A DNA stretch of 64,000 bases from Phoronis australis (GCA_002633005.1 NMRA01000198.1:373282-437281); one strand, 5' to 3'. Shown: positions 26,481 through 38,379, counted from the first letter of the stretch. The notes: generated from the sequence alone by a model not told the origin. Numbers and translations are program-made.

Positions 26481-26546
26481 ATGGCGTCTCGTGTTATTGT
26501 AAATCGCGGCGACAAATACTATGGCTCTGCAGCCAAAAATGTGTGG
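26481..26546 (+). CDS. numb: Candidate alternative first coding exon of numb (MASRVIVNRGDKYYGSAAKNVW)
   Basis: Within an intronic CpG-rich patch (about 26.25-26.72 kb). Start context tcaATGGCG, 22 codons, ends GTG TGG|gttagg in phase 0, the same VW ending as coding exon 1. Confidence 0.5.
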
Positions 26547-27257
26547 GTTAGGAGTGGACGGAGGAGCTAAAAGGACGTAGACGCATGCGACTGATGGTGG
26601 TAACGTTTTTTTTAAAATTTTTAATCCTCTGGATTTTTGTCGGGGAAAGGTTCACATCGACCATTTCAAGGCTGGGTAGCGCGCATGATTTGGGCCGTAA
26701 AAGTTTCCGCGTTTTTTTGTCATTGGTCATTCCAAGGCCTGTGTGTTGAAAAGAGTGGGGACTTAGTGGTTGTTTGTTCAAAATTTATCCAATTAAAAAG
26801 CCATTTTGTATTGTTTAAAACTCCAACAAAAGGTTTATGTTATTGGAAAATCCTGTATGAAAGGGGTACATTTTCATTGAAGCGACCAACAAGTGGGCCC
26901 CTTTTATTCTTGCCAACTCTACTAAAAGGAATGGGTATCCTAATATCTTATTAGCACACTTCGTCAAAATTACAGCCGAGTATCCCCCAGGGGAGAAAGG
27001 CTCAGCTTCCATTGAGTACTTGGAGGGAGGTGCATGCTGTGGTCCCAGTGGTAGGGTCCTTGTGCTTGACTTGATACTGATCGCTTATCATGTTTTTAAT
27101 AGAAAAATGATGTTCACATAAACTTCCAAGGATTATAGCTGTTACATTGACAGAAAACTTGACATTCATTTGCGCGCGCAGCAATTCTGAGAATTTCTTT
27201 CAAGTTTTGTGCAATTTTATAGGAATTATTGGTTATAGGGAACTTTGGTCGAATCAA

Positions 27258-27387
27258 TGTTAATGTTGTCGTCTTAACTTTTTCACAATTTAAAGCTGCT
27301 TGCAGTGGTGATAGCATATTGTTAATGTTGTCGTCTTAACTTTTTCACAATTTAAGGCTGCTTGTAGTGGAGATAGCATATTGTTAA
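27258..27387. repeat. 62-bp tandem duplication
   Basis: TGTTAATGTTGTCGTCTTAACTTTTTCACAATTTAA.GCTGCTTG.AGTGG.GATAGCATAT starts at 27258 and again at 27320. Confidence 0.9.
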
Positions 27388-27623
27388 ATAAAGTCAATTT
27401 CAAACTAGGATTTTAAAACTACAGTAACATTCAGAAATATTCTGTAATCCAGTTATAATCACAGATATTTAAGGCATAGCACTGTTTGGGGCTTTACTAA
27501 AGTAGGTCCAACTACTATTGTTAGGTAAATGCAAAAAAATCGATTCTGGCATCTCTTAAAAAGGTCTAACAGTTGGCGTTCTGTAAACTCTCATTTTCCT
27601 CATTGTTTGCTGTTTTCTTCTAG

Positions 27624-27698
27624 TACCTTGGTGGTATTGAGGTTTTCGAATCCAGGGGTATGCAAGTCTGCGAGGAGGCGTCCAAAGTTTTAAAAACA
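27624..27698 (+). CDS. numb: Numb coding exon 2, PTB domain (YLGGIEVFESRGMQVCEEASKVLKT)
   Basis: ttcttctag|TAC ... ACA|gtaagt; 75 nt, phase 0-0. YLG..EV.ESRGM..CE.A is the Numb PTB motif. Too short for the ORF track. Confidence 0.95.
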
Positions 27699-27759
27699 GT
27701 AAGTGAACTGGTTAATACGAATAGATCAAGTAGATCAGATGTTAGGACAAAAATTCTAG

Positions 27760-28028
27760 TTTGGGATTGTGAAACTGATTACTTTCCTTGAGGTCAGAGC
27801 TTGTACCAAATTTTAGAAATGAACACTATTGGCCAATGTGGTTTCATGAACTGCCAAATCTAGTTTCAGTTCAGACAAAACACAACTGTTCTATATATGA
27901 GAAGCATGATGAACACCAATATCGCCCACGTCCCAATCTTCAGAATCAAGAAGAATTTCATATTCGGCCTGAATTTCAGTGTACCAAATTTTAAGGACTG
28001 TCCCAAACTGGAGAATTTTCTCTGCAGT
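27760..28028 (+). mobile_element. MITE family copy 2
   Basis: GTTTGGGATTGTGAAA at the left and GGACTGTCCCAAACTGGAGAATTTT at the right, shared with 32529-32874 and, inverted, with 14301-14644. Confidence 0.65.
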
Positions 28029-29114
28029 TATCTTTATTGCATTTAGTGTTTGGATTCCTAAGGGCTTGGTAGACTAAATACCAATTATTTGTATAGATTT
28101 TTCACTTTGAAAGAAAGTAGCAGTCTGATCAGTTTGGTTTGATTTTGCGTAAAGTGGATGGAAATGAATATATAAGCAGTCTTTTGTTGTGCTTGATTTT
28201 CTACCAAAATGTGTCTTATTTTCCACGTGAAATCTTAACTGGTAGTGGATTTCATAGTTTGAATATGTTAGCTCTTTTGCTCAGCACTGTTTGTGTGTTC
28301 AAGTGTTTGCTAAATTGTTGCCACCTTTTGAATTTCCACAACTGGTAGTATGTTGGTGCTTGTAAGTGCATCGTGTTTGTACCAGTGAGGCTTGATTTCA
28401 TTATAATGTTCCATCATCTGCACAACTGAACTAACTGCCTGGAAATGAGATGATTATTTTACCCCCTTCCCTTTTAAAGCGTGCTTGAACCTGGCTACAA
28501 CTAACGTGCATCAGGTTTTGTCCTCCAGTTGGGAATGCTACGTGGGTTTGGATCTGTGTTTGACATTTTTCACCTGACAGCCAATGGAGATGAAGGGTTT
28601 TAAACTTGTGTGCGTTGATTGTTTTAATCGCCTGAAATTAGATTGCCGTCTGCAGCTTTCCTGTTTCTTATTTGTTGAAATTAAAGAACCAAGTATCCTA
28701 ATTTCGTGCATTATCATTCGCTTATATGTAATAAATTACCGCTTGTCATTTATTCCATTTCTCCAAACAGAATCATTGTCTATTCTTTAAAACTGCAGTT
28801 TTTGTAAGAAATTCGAAGTCTTTTTCATTAATTGCAATAATTAACATGGCTTAGAACACACTGTCTGAGAGGCTCTGATTGAGGGTCATTAACAGAGGGT
28901 GTTCTGGCAATGAATAGACATAGGAGTCGTCTTACATTTCTATAGTCTTCCATTGCAACTATGCAAAAGTTACTTAGCTTGGGACCTGAGCCCCTTGATC
29001 TTCACCTGGGGATAGCTTGTTTATCGCATGGGGATCTCACAGGTTCTCTTGGCATGTAGACTAGTCCCCCTCTCCTCTTTGTCTCATCTCTTGTTTGGTC
29101 TTCTTACCTTACAG

Positions 29115-29192
29115 CAGTGCAAAGGAAAATATCAACGAGCTGTTCTGTATGTGTCCGGCGACGCACTGCGCGTCGTCGACGAAATCAGCAAG
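29115..29192 (+). CDS. numb: Numb coding exon 3A, PTB domain short form (QCKGKYQRAVLYVSGDALRVVDEISK)
   Basis: ccttacag|CAG|TGC tandem acceptor; donor AAG|gtttgt; 78 nt (or 75), phase 0-0. Matches the Numb AVL[WY]VS.D.LRVVD motif. Confidence 0.92.
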
Positions 29193-29581
29193 GTTTGTCT
29201 ATCTGTATGTGCATTTCACCTGTGTCTATGAGCGCAGCTTGACTTTTTTGGCCAAACCATGCTCAGGTTACAGCCAGGGGAAAAGACAATGTCAATGCCA
29301 CCTGCCATTGCACTCCACAAAATACTAAATGCTTGCCATCTATCTACGCCCGACATTTTGCACTTGGGTAGTTTTCGCACTGCTTGTGTTTATTTCCTGC
29401 ATGCTTCCTCATCCACCCAAGAGCATTATGTCTGGCTGGGAGTTAGGCTTGGTCCTGACCAAGCTGCGCTTTCATGGCCACAACACGGTACTTTGTTTGC
29501 TGGTGTGCATTCTCTGTGTGCCTTTTGTTTTTGTTGTGTTCAGTTGTTCAGTTCTCCCGTGTAGTCGTTGGCATTTTTCAG

Positions 29582-29740
29582 AACTGTAAAAAGGCCAAGC
29601 GGCTATCTTTCCGGAAGAAGCGTAAAGGGCATCGAGCAGTGCCCGCCATTTTGTACATATCGGGTGATTCGTTACGAGTCGCCGAGGACCGTCCAGGCAC
29701 CGAGTTGTCCTTCATGGGCGGAGGTGACGACCAGGCAAAG
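29582..29740 (+). CDS. numb: Numb coding exon 3B, duplicated alternative exon, long form (NCKKAKRLSFRKKRKGHRAVPAILYISGDSLRVAEDRPGTELSFMGGGDDQAK)
   Basis: atttttcag|AAC ... AAG|gtatca; 159 nt, phase 0-0, no stop, GC/CpG-rich like the other exons. Core AILYISGDSLRV is 9/12 identical to exon 3A AVLYVSGDALRV. Confidence 0.85.
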
Positions 29741-32528
29741 GTATCAGTGTAGAGTACTGCCTACTGTGAAGTCCACTGTGGCGGTATCCAATTTTGTGAT
29801 AAAGATTCGGACAACCCGTGTGTCACACTGCATTTTTAGTGGCACTTTTGGGCGCTTTAGATCTTTATGTCTAGGCATTAATGTCATGCTTTTGGTGAGA
29901 GGTCTTATATGGCATCTAAACTTGGAGGTCATCTTTGTGGATATTGGAGGCAGCAAGTGTTGAAGTTAGTGTTCTGTCATCTGTTCAAATGTTATTTGAT
30001 GTCTGTTATAACCCTTAGCTTGCTCATGTTGTTATCATTTTACATACCTGTTTCTAGTTCTCATGTCTGGTGTCTTTTGATGGATGTTGAAAATGTCTTT
30101 AATCTTGTGGATGCATTAGTCTTTTTTAATTTTTAAAATGTCAAGTGTATTAAAACATGCCTCTAGTTTTCTGGTCTCTACAGGTCTTGTTTTGTTGAAT
30201 TAAAGGTATAGTCCCTAGGTTAAACATTCGCAAATTACGACATGGGAGATTGTGTCTTTGGAATACTGCTTTACAACACCGCATCACAGAGTTCCTGTAG
30301 TGTGGATTTGTGACAGTTGCTCTCGACTCGCATACTCTCTGACATCATTCCCAGACAATCTCTGCAATAAACTGTTGGAGAATGGCAAATAGATAGGTTA
30401 GGTCATGTTGACTACATACAGGGACGTCAGATTGACTATAGCCGTGCTCAGGTTATCTAAATCTGGTTGTAACTCTTTCTAATGTTGTAACTGTTACGTA
30501 ATTGTTACCGTTTACAGCGTTGACTCAAGTTCAATAGTTTGAGCCTTGGTGCGCCATTGATTCGAATGAGTTTTGACAGCAGCGCCACCTACTGAGTGAT
30601 AACTTGCAACTGCCTTGTTCACACAGAGTTACAACGGTTGTAAACTTTTGCTAAACCACCCTCGCAGAGGGTTGTTACAGTATTCAGACCAAGAGCTTTA
30701 AAAGTCATAGCCGCTTTGGTGTGAGCAGGGTGTAAATTTTTTGTCTGGGAATAGTGCGGACGTATTTGGATTTATGCCAAGATTGTAATGGTCAGTGAGT
30801 AAGTGAGTGGAAGGTGTTTTTGATACAAGTGTACCTGGAAGCTTATGAAGTAGATAAAAGTCCAAGACTATGCCTTTAATAGTATCCTTTCGTCACAAGT
30901 TGTGGGTCAGACGTTTAGTCATGAGTTGTGGCGTTTCTTTTCTCGTCTAATTTACTCATACTTGTCCTTTATTACCTGCATGTAACCAGTTCTGGAAAAA
31001 AGAGCGGGAAAAGGTGAATTTAAATGGAGTTACTCTGTTCACTGACAACTTTCCTGTTTAAAAGTTAACACCGATTTTCACTAAAAGCTTTCTTATTTTT
31101 CATGTCTCATTTAGTTTTCTCTTGACCTCAAAAGTCACTGCAGACCTGCTTTTGGTTTGCTCATTCACATGCACTATTATGTCTCATTGTTGGATGTCAC
31201 AGCACATCATTTCTTCCAGTGGTATTTGTGTGTTCTAAGGCGTCCTCAAAAAGCTCACTGCTAGTTATTCATAATCTAAAGCACTGATAACAAGCTTGCT
31301 TTTAAGATCCCAAGTATTTACATTTCTGATAACAAATTGTCAGGTTTTGTTAAAGATACATGTAGCACCATCACTGTCCTGGTAGGGAAGCCTTATTATT
31401 TTTTAATATGGTGGATAAGTGTTACCAATTTTATACAATTATTCTATGGACTGTTGACTCAAGTTCAATGGTTGTGGTAAAATCTAGTCAATTTCGGACA
31501 ATGGTGATTGCCAAAACTTCCGTTTTCTATTTTCCGAAGGGTTTTAACATTGTTGTGAATGTTTACAAGTTTTTATAATATTGTCTCATGGTGCATTACA
31601 GCTTTAGTACTGAACTTGAAAGCAGTGATGTATTGAATGGTTGCTGCTGGTGTCTTAGGAAATAATCGAATTATAAGTGTTCACTTGTCCACCATTTCAT
31701 GTCTTGGTACGTGAGATTTTTATTTAATTTACCAAACTTCAGTGGCAATATTCACTACTACAAGCTTAATGTATTCTATCTTAAAATTTTATTTAATTCT
31801 GGGTGAGTGTGCCGTAAGTGTTAAAAATGTCTCAACTTTTGCAAATGATCGATTGACTGATGAAACAGTTTGCCTATAAGCCATTATTATTAATCTGCAG
31901 TACTTTCTAGTGTAAATCTCACACTGGAACTTGAGTTTGCTATAATTGCGGGAATATCTGGGAAGAATAACATAAAACCAGCTTTATACTGGGAGCAAAA
32001 AATAAAGTGTCCAAAATGAATTTCTCAATTTCTAAGAGTGTCCAGTACTGGTGACGTCCGAAGTCAAATAGCCCTTATAGTGAAATGTGCTACTGCGGAG
32101 AATTGGCTCTACAATAAATTTTTTTTCGTGTCTTAGGTAATTTCAGGCCTATGAGCCCTCAGACCTGCTGCTTGCAATTTAAAGGAGACAACTGTGGTTA
32201 CCACACTTGTAGGTCACTTAGGCGTCCTAGTTAGGGTTTCTAAATGTGATTCAATTAGACAATGACACCCCCTAAATGAAGACCTGATGAGTAAGTCAGT
32301 TTTGGAAAAAAAAACACAAATTAGTGTTTTGGACTTTCTAGATGTATTTACTTTATTCCGTTTTTTGTAAAGAGGATGTATAACATAATTCATTTTCTGA
32401 TTTCATGCTACTTTCCTACGTTGTCCAAGTAGCGAGTGGTACAGTGATCTCGAGGCAAATGGACTGAAGTAATAGAATAATGGGTAGCATCAACATCTGC
32501 GTGTCCCACTACGCTTTGGGACTTTACC

Positions 32529-32874
32529 TACGGTCCAGTTTGGGATAGTGAAATTTTAATTATTTAGCTCAAGGTGGGACTTAAGGCAATATTGAGCATC
32601 TCAAATTCAAGAATTAGGATAAACTAACCACCATTGATCTTGGTGACTCCAATATGGGGACACGTTGAGAAGTTGCCTTGGCAACGAGTTTCAAAAATTT
32701 TATGTATGTTTACTGCTCTGTGGATATGAAACACGGTGTTCAATATTTAAGAAATATAATGAACATCAAAATTGCCCTTGTCTCTATCTTTAAAATCATG
32801 AACTTTAAATTGTGGCTTGAATGAGGGTGTCCCAAAGTTTAGGGACTGTTCCAAACTGGAGAATTTTTACCATA
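32529..32874 (+). mobile_element. MITE family copy 3
   Basis: Inverted ends TACGGTCCAGTTTGGGATAGT ... ACTGTTCCAAACTGGAGAATTTTTACCATA. Confidence 0.65.
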
Positions 32875-34639
32875 TTTTCTGAGGATAATGACAATAGTTG
32901 AACTAAAATGAGTGAGACTGTACTGAGTGCAACACTTCTAGTGTAGCCGTTTAACTTGGAAACCACGATCTGCAAACCACAGTTGATTTACTTTTTTAAA
33001 GCTAGTCATCGGCATTGAGTGCCATTTTAATCCTTTCACATCTATATCACTCTTGCTAGATCTAATTATAGTGAATATGACACTATTGTCACTCGGGAGT
33101 TTGTAATTAAGGTCCTAAAACATGTCTGGATTGTGAAACATTTTCTGTAAGTACAAGTTTTATTGCACCCTTGAGTCTCTTAGTCAAGATCAAAGTATTC
33201 GTATAACCATTGTTTTACTTATTTATATTTAATCTTTTAATAGGGTCGATTGTGTTAACATATGTAGCCAAACCTACACATAAAAAAATGTCAACATACT
33301 TATCTGTCCACTTAGAAGATTTGTTTTCAGTTTATCGACAGATTCTTTCCAAATGCAGTAATTTGTTGTTTGGCACTCCTGCAAAAGACTGTGTGACTGA
33401 CTGTTGCAGAAAATCAATGTCTTAAGACTGATGGTGAAGGGAGTCAAGCTTATATATATCTGTCTTCAAGCAGTTGCCTCGCAGCTTGTCTTAATTGGTA
33501 GTTAATTGTCTGCTTTTGTCTGGTTCTTGAAAATGTACCTTTCTGTCATGTTTCACCATTAGACATTTTTCGTATAACAATGACATTCTCCAGTAGAGCA
33601 ATTGTCACAGTAGTAATCTTCATGTCTTTGAATAGTTAGAAGCTGTGTGTAGCTCCCAAACTCCCACGTTATTGATCACCTTTCTTATTATCTTCACTGC
33701 TCATCGTTTTTGTTGTGTGCTTTTATATTGTTTTCTCATATTTTGTTTTAACCTAACATTTTGAAATTTCAGTGCTTGAAATTGTGTTCGTTTTTGTGTA
33801 ATGTTTTTGCAGAGAAAGTATTTGAAGCTACTCCTCTTTCTATTATGTAAATGATGTCTTCTCAGAAATTGAGTAAATGTGCAGAAATTCTCCTATTTCC
33901 CACAAAAATACTGTCTATCATTCCTTTATAGGCAGGTAGTTGTCTTGCTGCAAATGATTGAAACTTTACCAAATGTCGTTTAACTACGTCAACGTAATAC
34001 ACTCAAGTTAACAATAGGTTTAAAATTTCCAAGTGTTTGTTTTTGTCTGGTATTCTGTGGTAAATAGGTCAAGAATTACTGTATTCCTCTAAAGTTGTTT
34101 AGAAACACTTTGTTTTCTCAAATGTTAATTGATATTTGAATAACTTTTTTTCATAAAATTCCGATTCTTACATGTTTTCGTCAAAAAGGGTGAAAACTGA
34201 AAAATTAAACTTTGCATTTCATTACCTTACTTTCTAATTTTGAACACCAATAACTTCAACCCAGATTCCACTCTAAAAGTCCAGTCAGTCATCCGTTATT
34301 TGTGAGTTGCACTGAAATTGTCCCAGTAAGCTGGAAAGGTCATAGCCCCCCAGTATATACAGAGTTTGGTGTGGTTTTGTAATTGTCATACACATTGATC
34401 ACGAGACGGGCCATTTGGCCATTACAAGTGAGTCAAAGATTGTGTAAGTTCTTGTTTAGTTGAATAACAAAATTATATGCCAGTTTAAATATAGTAAGGT
34501 ATTCTCTTCTCAAAATTCCCAAATAAGAGATTTGTACTTTCAATTGTCGGGCCAATCATTGTTGTAATGGTTACAAAAGAGACCTTAACACATACTGTTT
34601 CGTCTTCTCAACATTCAACCTGCCGATTTTATCCTGCAG

Positions 34640-34780
34640 GGTCTTATTGTGGACCAGACGGTGGAGAAAGTGTCTTTCTGTGCACCAGACCGCAACCATG
34701 AGAAGGGGTTTGCGTACATCTGCCGCGACGGGACCACAAGGCGTTGGATGTGTCACGGGTTCCTTGCCCTCAAGGAATCA
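34640..34780 (+). CDS. numb: Numb coding exon 4, PTB domain ([47 protein letters not shown])
   Basis: cctgcag|GGT ... TCA|gtaagt; 141 nt, phase 0-0. [13 protein letters not shown]...[14 protein letters not shown] is near-invariant in Numb. Confidence 0.98.
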
Positions 34781-37476
34781 GTAAGTGGTGTCAGTATAAC
34801 ATTTTCAGTTTTTATCGTCGTCGTTGCCGTTGTTGCAGTCATGGTGACCGTCATAGTCACCACCTCTGCTGCCGTTCACACTTAAACCTCTCATGCATGT
34901 GCCTTATGTTGTCGGCACTCCTCTACTTTTATATCATTTGGCCAAAAAAAACCCCGTTCGATGTACCTAAGTTATAGTGCATAAATTATATGTGTTGCGC
35001 TGAGGTGTGCGGCACACTTGAGCATAATTGGTCAAGCGGTTGTAAACCCACAGTTCCGTCCAAGAAGCGAACTTTTGATTTCAACCACTTTCCGTCCTAA
35101 AATTTGTCTTCTGTTGTGCCTTACTTTGGTAAGGGGTAATTTCCGGGGTTGTAAAAAAGTGACTGTGTGATATTCCTTGAGGCCGTGTTCAGCGCACACA
35201 TTATGTGGCGTGAGATAATGCTTTACTGAGCCTGGTCTTGACCAATAACGGACTGTCAAATCCTTTGAAGCTCTGAAATCACCTGACTAAGGAAGAATTT
35301 GAGACCATTTCATTACTGTAAGTAATCGTAATCAAAAATTGTATTTTTGTGATGGAAAACAGGTTTATTGCCTCTGCAACTCGAAATTTTTTTCAAATGT
35401 TTATCGATCTCGATAGCCTGAAAATCCTAAGTGAATAGGTCCCCAACGATTTTTATAAGAAACATTAAAGTAGCACTTCAAGACAATCTTTTGTTTTCGC
35501 CAACTGGAAACAGAATGAGTGAGTCTCACCAGTTTGAAATTTATCCGGAAAAGTAAAGACATTTGATAAACTACAGGCTTTTTGTTATTTGCATTTTCGC
35601 TATGAATGTTTAATGTTTATAGAAACTGACGGGAAGTTAAGTTGGTGGCATTGAATTTTTATGACGATTTTTGTTTTTTCATAAAAAATAAATTTAAATA
35701 AGTTCTGTTCTGTTTTGGAAAAAGGTGAAGCGTTTAACTAATTTTGTTTCATTAATTTTTTTATCTAAAACAGAGTTGAAAGAACGTCTTTTATTAAGAT
35801 GACTTGACAAACTGGTTATAGACCTGCTGAGTTGCCTCTTTATGTTCGTCCAACCATGACACCATTTACTGTCCATTTGCAATTGAATGCCTATTTTCAT
35901 GTATTATTTTTACTTGTCAAAAAGTCCAAGGAAGTAAAGTATTTCTCATTTGGTATGACGGCATGTTACATATGGAGGCCTGTAATATCCGTGAGATGTT
36001 CACAGGTATGCCTCAGTACTTGTAACAACACTTTGAGCCGACTCATGGCTAGAGGGAATTAAACACATCTTGGCAAGTGATTTGTTTAAAACAAGGTTAT
36101 TAAAAGTGCTGGCTATTGATTGGTTTTACGCGTCGATGGACATAGTGTTGTCTGTGCTCTCGGGAATGCTATCGTCTGGTCTAGTGTAGGGCTGGGTGAT
36201 GAATGAATCATTCGGTCACTAGTTCTCGTTGCGTAGAGAATAACTATCGCTTTCTGCGATTTCATTACTGGTGTAGCAGCAATCAAAGCAATGGACGTGG
36301 CAACAACATTTCTGAACATAGCATGAATAGAACTCTTTATATTGCAAAACTGGTTGAAATAATCATATTTTTTCATACATTTATGAGACCTTTCACAATG
36401 GTTCAAAATCTTTTTACAAACTGTTCTTTTAGGAACGTTTGTGGCTGGCTTCATAAATTGACTATTAGACACCATACCCTACTAGCCCTCATGGGTCTCA
36501 TCAAAAGTACAAGCCTCTTTTCATGGACTTGTGTGTATTTTTCTTTGTTTTTACCCTATATGACATCCTATTTTCCTGGCATGTTTGTCGTCACCTTGAA
36601 GTTGTTGGAATTTCACAACACAACGTATGGTTTGTTCATTGATACATCCAGTGACTACATTACCTCTGTCAAGCAGTTTTCAGAACAGACTGACTTCAAC
36701 AAGTTTCCAACTGATTTTGAGACTGTGATTGACAAGATATTGATTTTTTCAATATTGCTTCTTGCCCTCAGCCTGGAATTCAATCACAAGAAACGTATTT
36801 CCTTAGGTCTGTTGCCGTGTTTGTGGCTAAGATTGGATTTGGAATCAGAATTCAGTTAAAATTTATTGGATATATCCACGCACTGTTTTCCTCTCCAGTT
36901 TATTGAAGATACCTTGAGATGGTTCTGTTATTCATCTTTTGAACAATATAAGGCTTACAATAAATCAGTTGCTCAAAATGTTTGGTATATTAAAATACTT
37001 GATACAGGTGGTGAAGTGCGTTTATTACACAAACAATTGATATTAACTGGTGATGGTGCTGATGGGCACGAGTGCTTTTAAGACAATTCAGGCCATGTTA
37101 GCGGCTAGCCTTTGTCGTCGAGCAATGTAAACCTTGAACATGACACAGTGTAGTAGGTGCATTTATGAGGCAAAAGTCCTACCCCTGCTTTGTATTTCTA
37201 AATTTACAGTGCGGTAATACTTGTGTTGTTCATGTCAATGTAAAAATGTCATTTTTGTTGTCAAATCTTTACAAGTGTTGTCTATTAACAGTTGTATGGT
37301 AGACAGTGTGGTATTTTAATTGACTAAATTGTCTTAATGTTTAGGCTGTTGTTGAGAAATTCGCTGAAAATACAATCCATTGGGCTGCACATTGTGCACA
37401 TGTGAGGAGTTACTGTAGATGGTCATTACGTTGCTTTTAACTCATGTGACCCGTTTACCTGGTTTCCCGTTTGCAG

Positions 37477-37666
37477 GGTGAGCGCCTGAGTCATGCTGTT
37501 GGTTGTGCTTTCGCTATCTGTCTGGAGCGTAAACAGAAACGTGATAAGGAGTCGGGCGTCACTGTGCAGTACAGCGAGGACAAGACGAGCTTCACAAGGA
37601 CTGGCTCATTCCGTCAGACGACGTTGACAGAGAGGCTGGCTGACCCACAGTCTGCCATCGTACCAG
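37477..37666 (+). CDS. numb: Numb coding exon 5, end of PTB domain ([25 protein letters not shown]...FTRTGSFR...IVP)
   Basis: tttgcag|GGT ... CCAG|gtacgg; 190 nt, phase 0-1. [22 protein letters not shown] is a Numb signature. Confidence 0.97.
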
Positions 37667-38379
37667 GTACGGGTGCAAGGATTCGATTACTTGTCGCTGA
37701 AGAAAGGCATGGAATCAAAGTCAATTGCAAGACATTAAAATAGATTTTGTCGTCTTGCTAAAAATATAAATTCATGTAAATGAATATTTTATCACATTGA
37801 AAGGGTGTAGTCACTTAGGCTGAACTCGATTCTAAACATTTCCCAGCATGTGGAAGGATTGTTCATGTTTGCTCATGTCTTGATTAATTTAGTTGCTAGT
37901 CAACTTTTATTCAAAAACACTTCATCCGAAGTAAAACTAGCATGGGCATCACAGCTTTCTGAGACCTTTTTGAGACGGTGATGCCGTAACGACTCTTCTA
38001 GAATCTATTGGTCTATTTACGCCATCCACTGATTGGGGGGATGTGACAAGTCTTGTATTAGTGAAAAAATAGTGCAGGTGGTCTGATGCACATTGCTTCA
38101 GACCACTCTGCCAGGTCAATTAAATCAGATAGCTGAGTCGTTTCCCATCCATTTATTAATATATACATTTACACAAATTAAGACGAGAGGTGAGGAGATA
38201 CAGGCCTGTCTCAAGGGTCTAGCAGTGGAGTCTAGTGGGATTTGAACATGCGGTTATATTGGTGAAACCAGGATTTCTGAACGTACAAAGTGTCATAAGT
38301 GCCGTCCACACACAGACGTTCCCTAAAACAAGTTACTCCTGGAATGAGTGGTGGCTAGGTTTGAGTGTCGTCTGGACAC

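Noticed and set aside
36203-36859. 218-aa ORF in a numb intron
   Set aside because: No recognisable domain, intron-like composition and no convincing splice sites in phase with numb.
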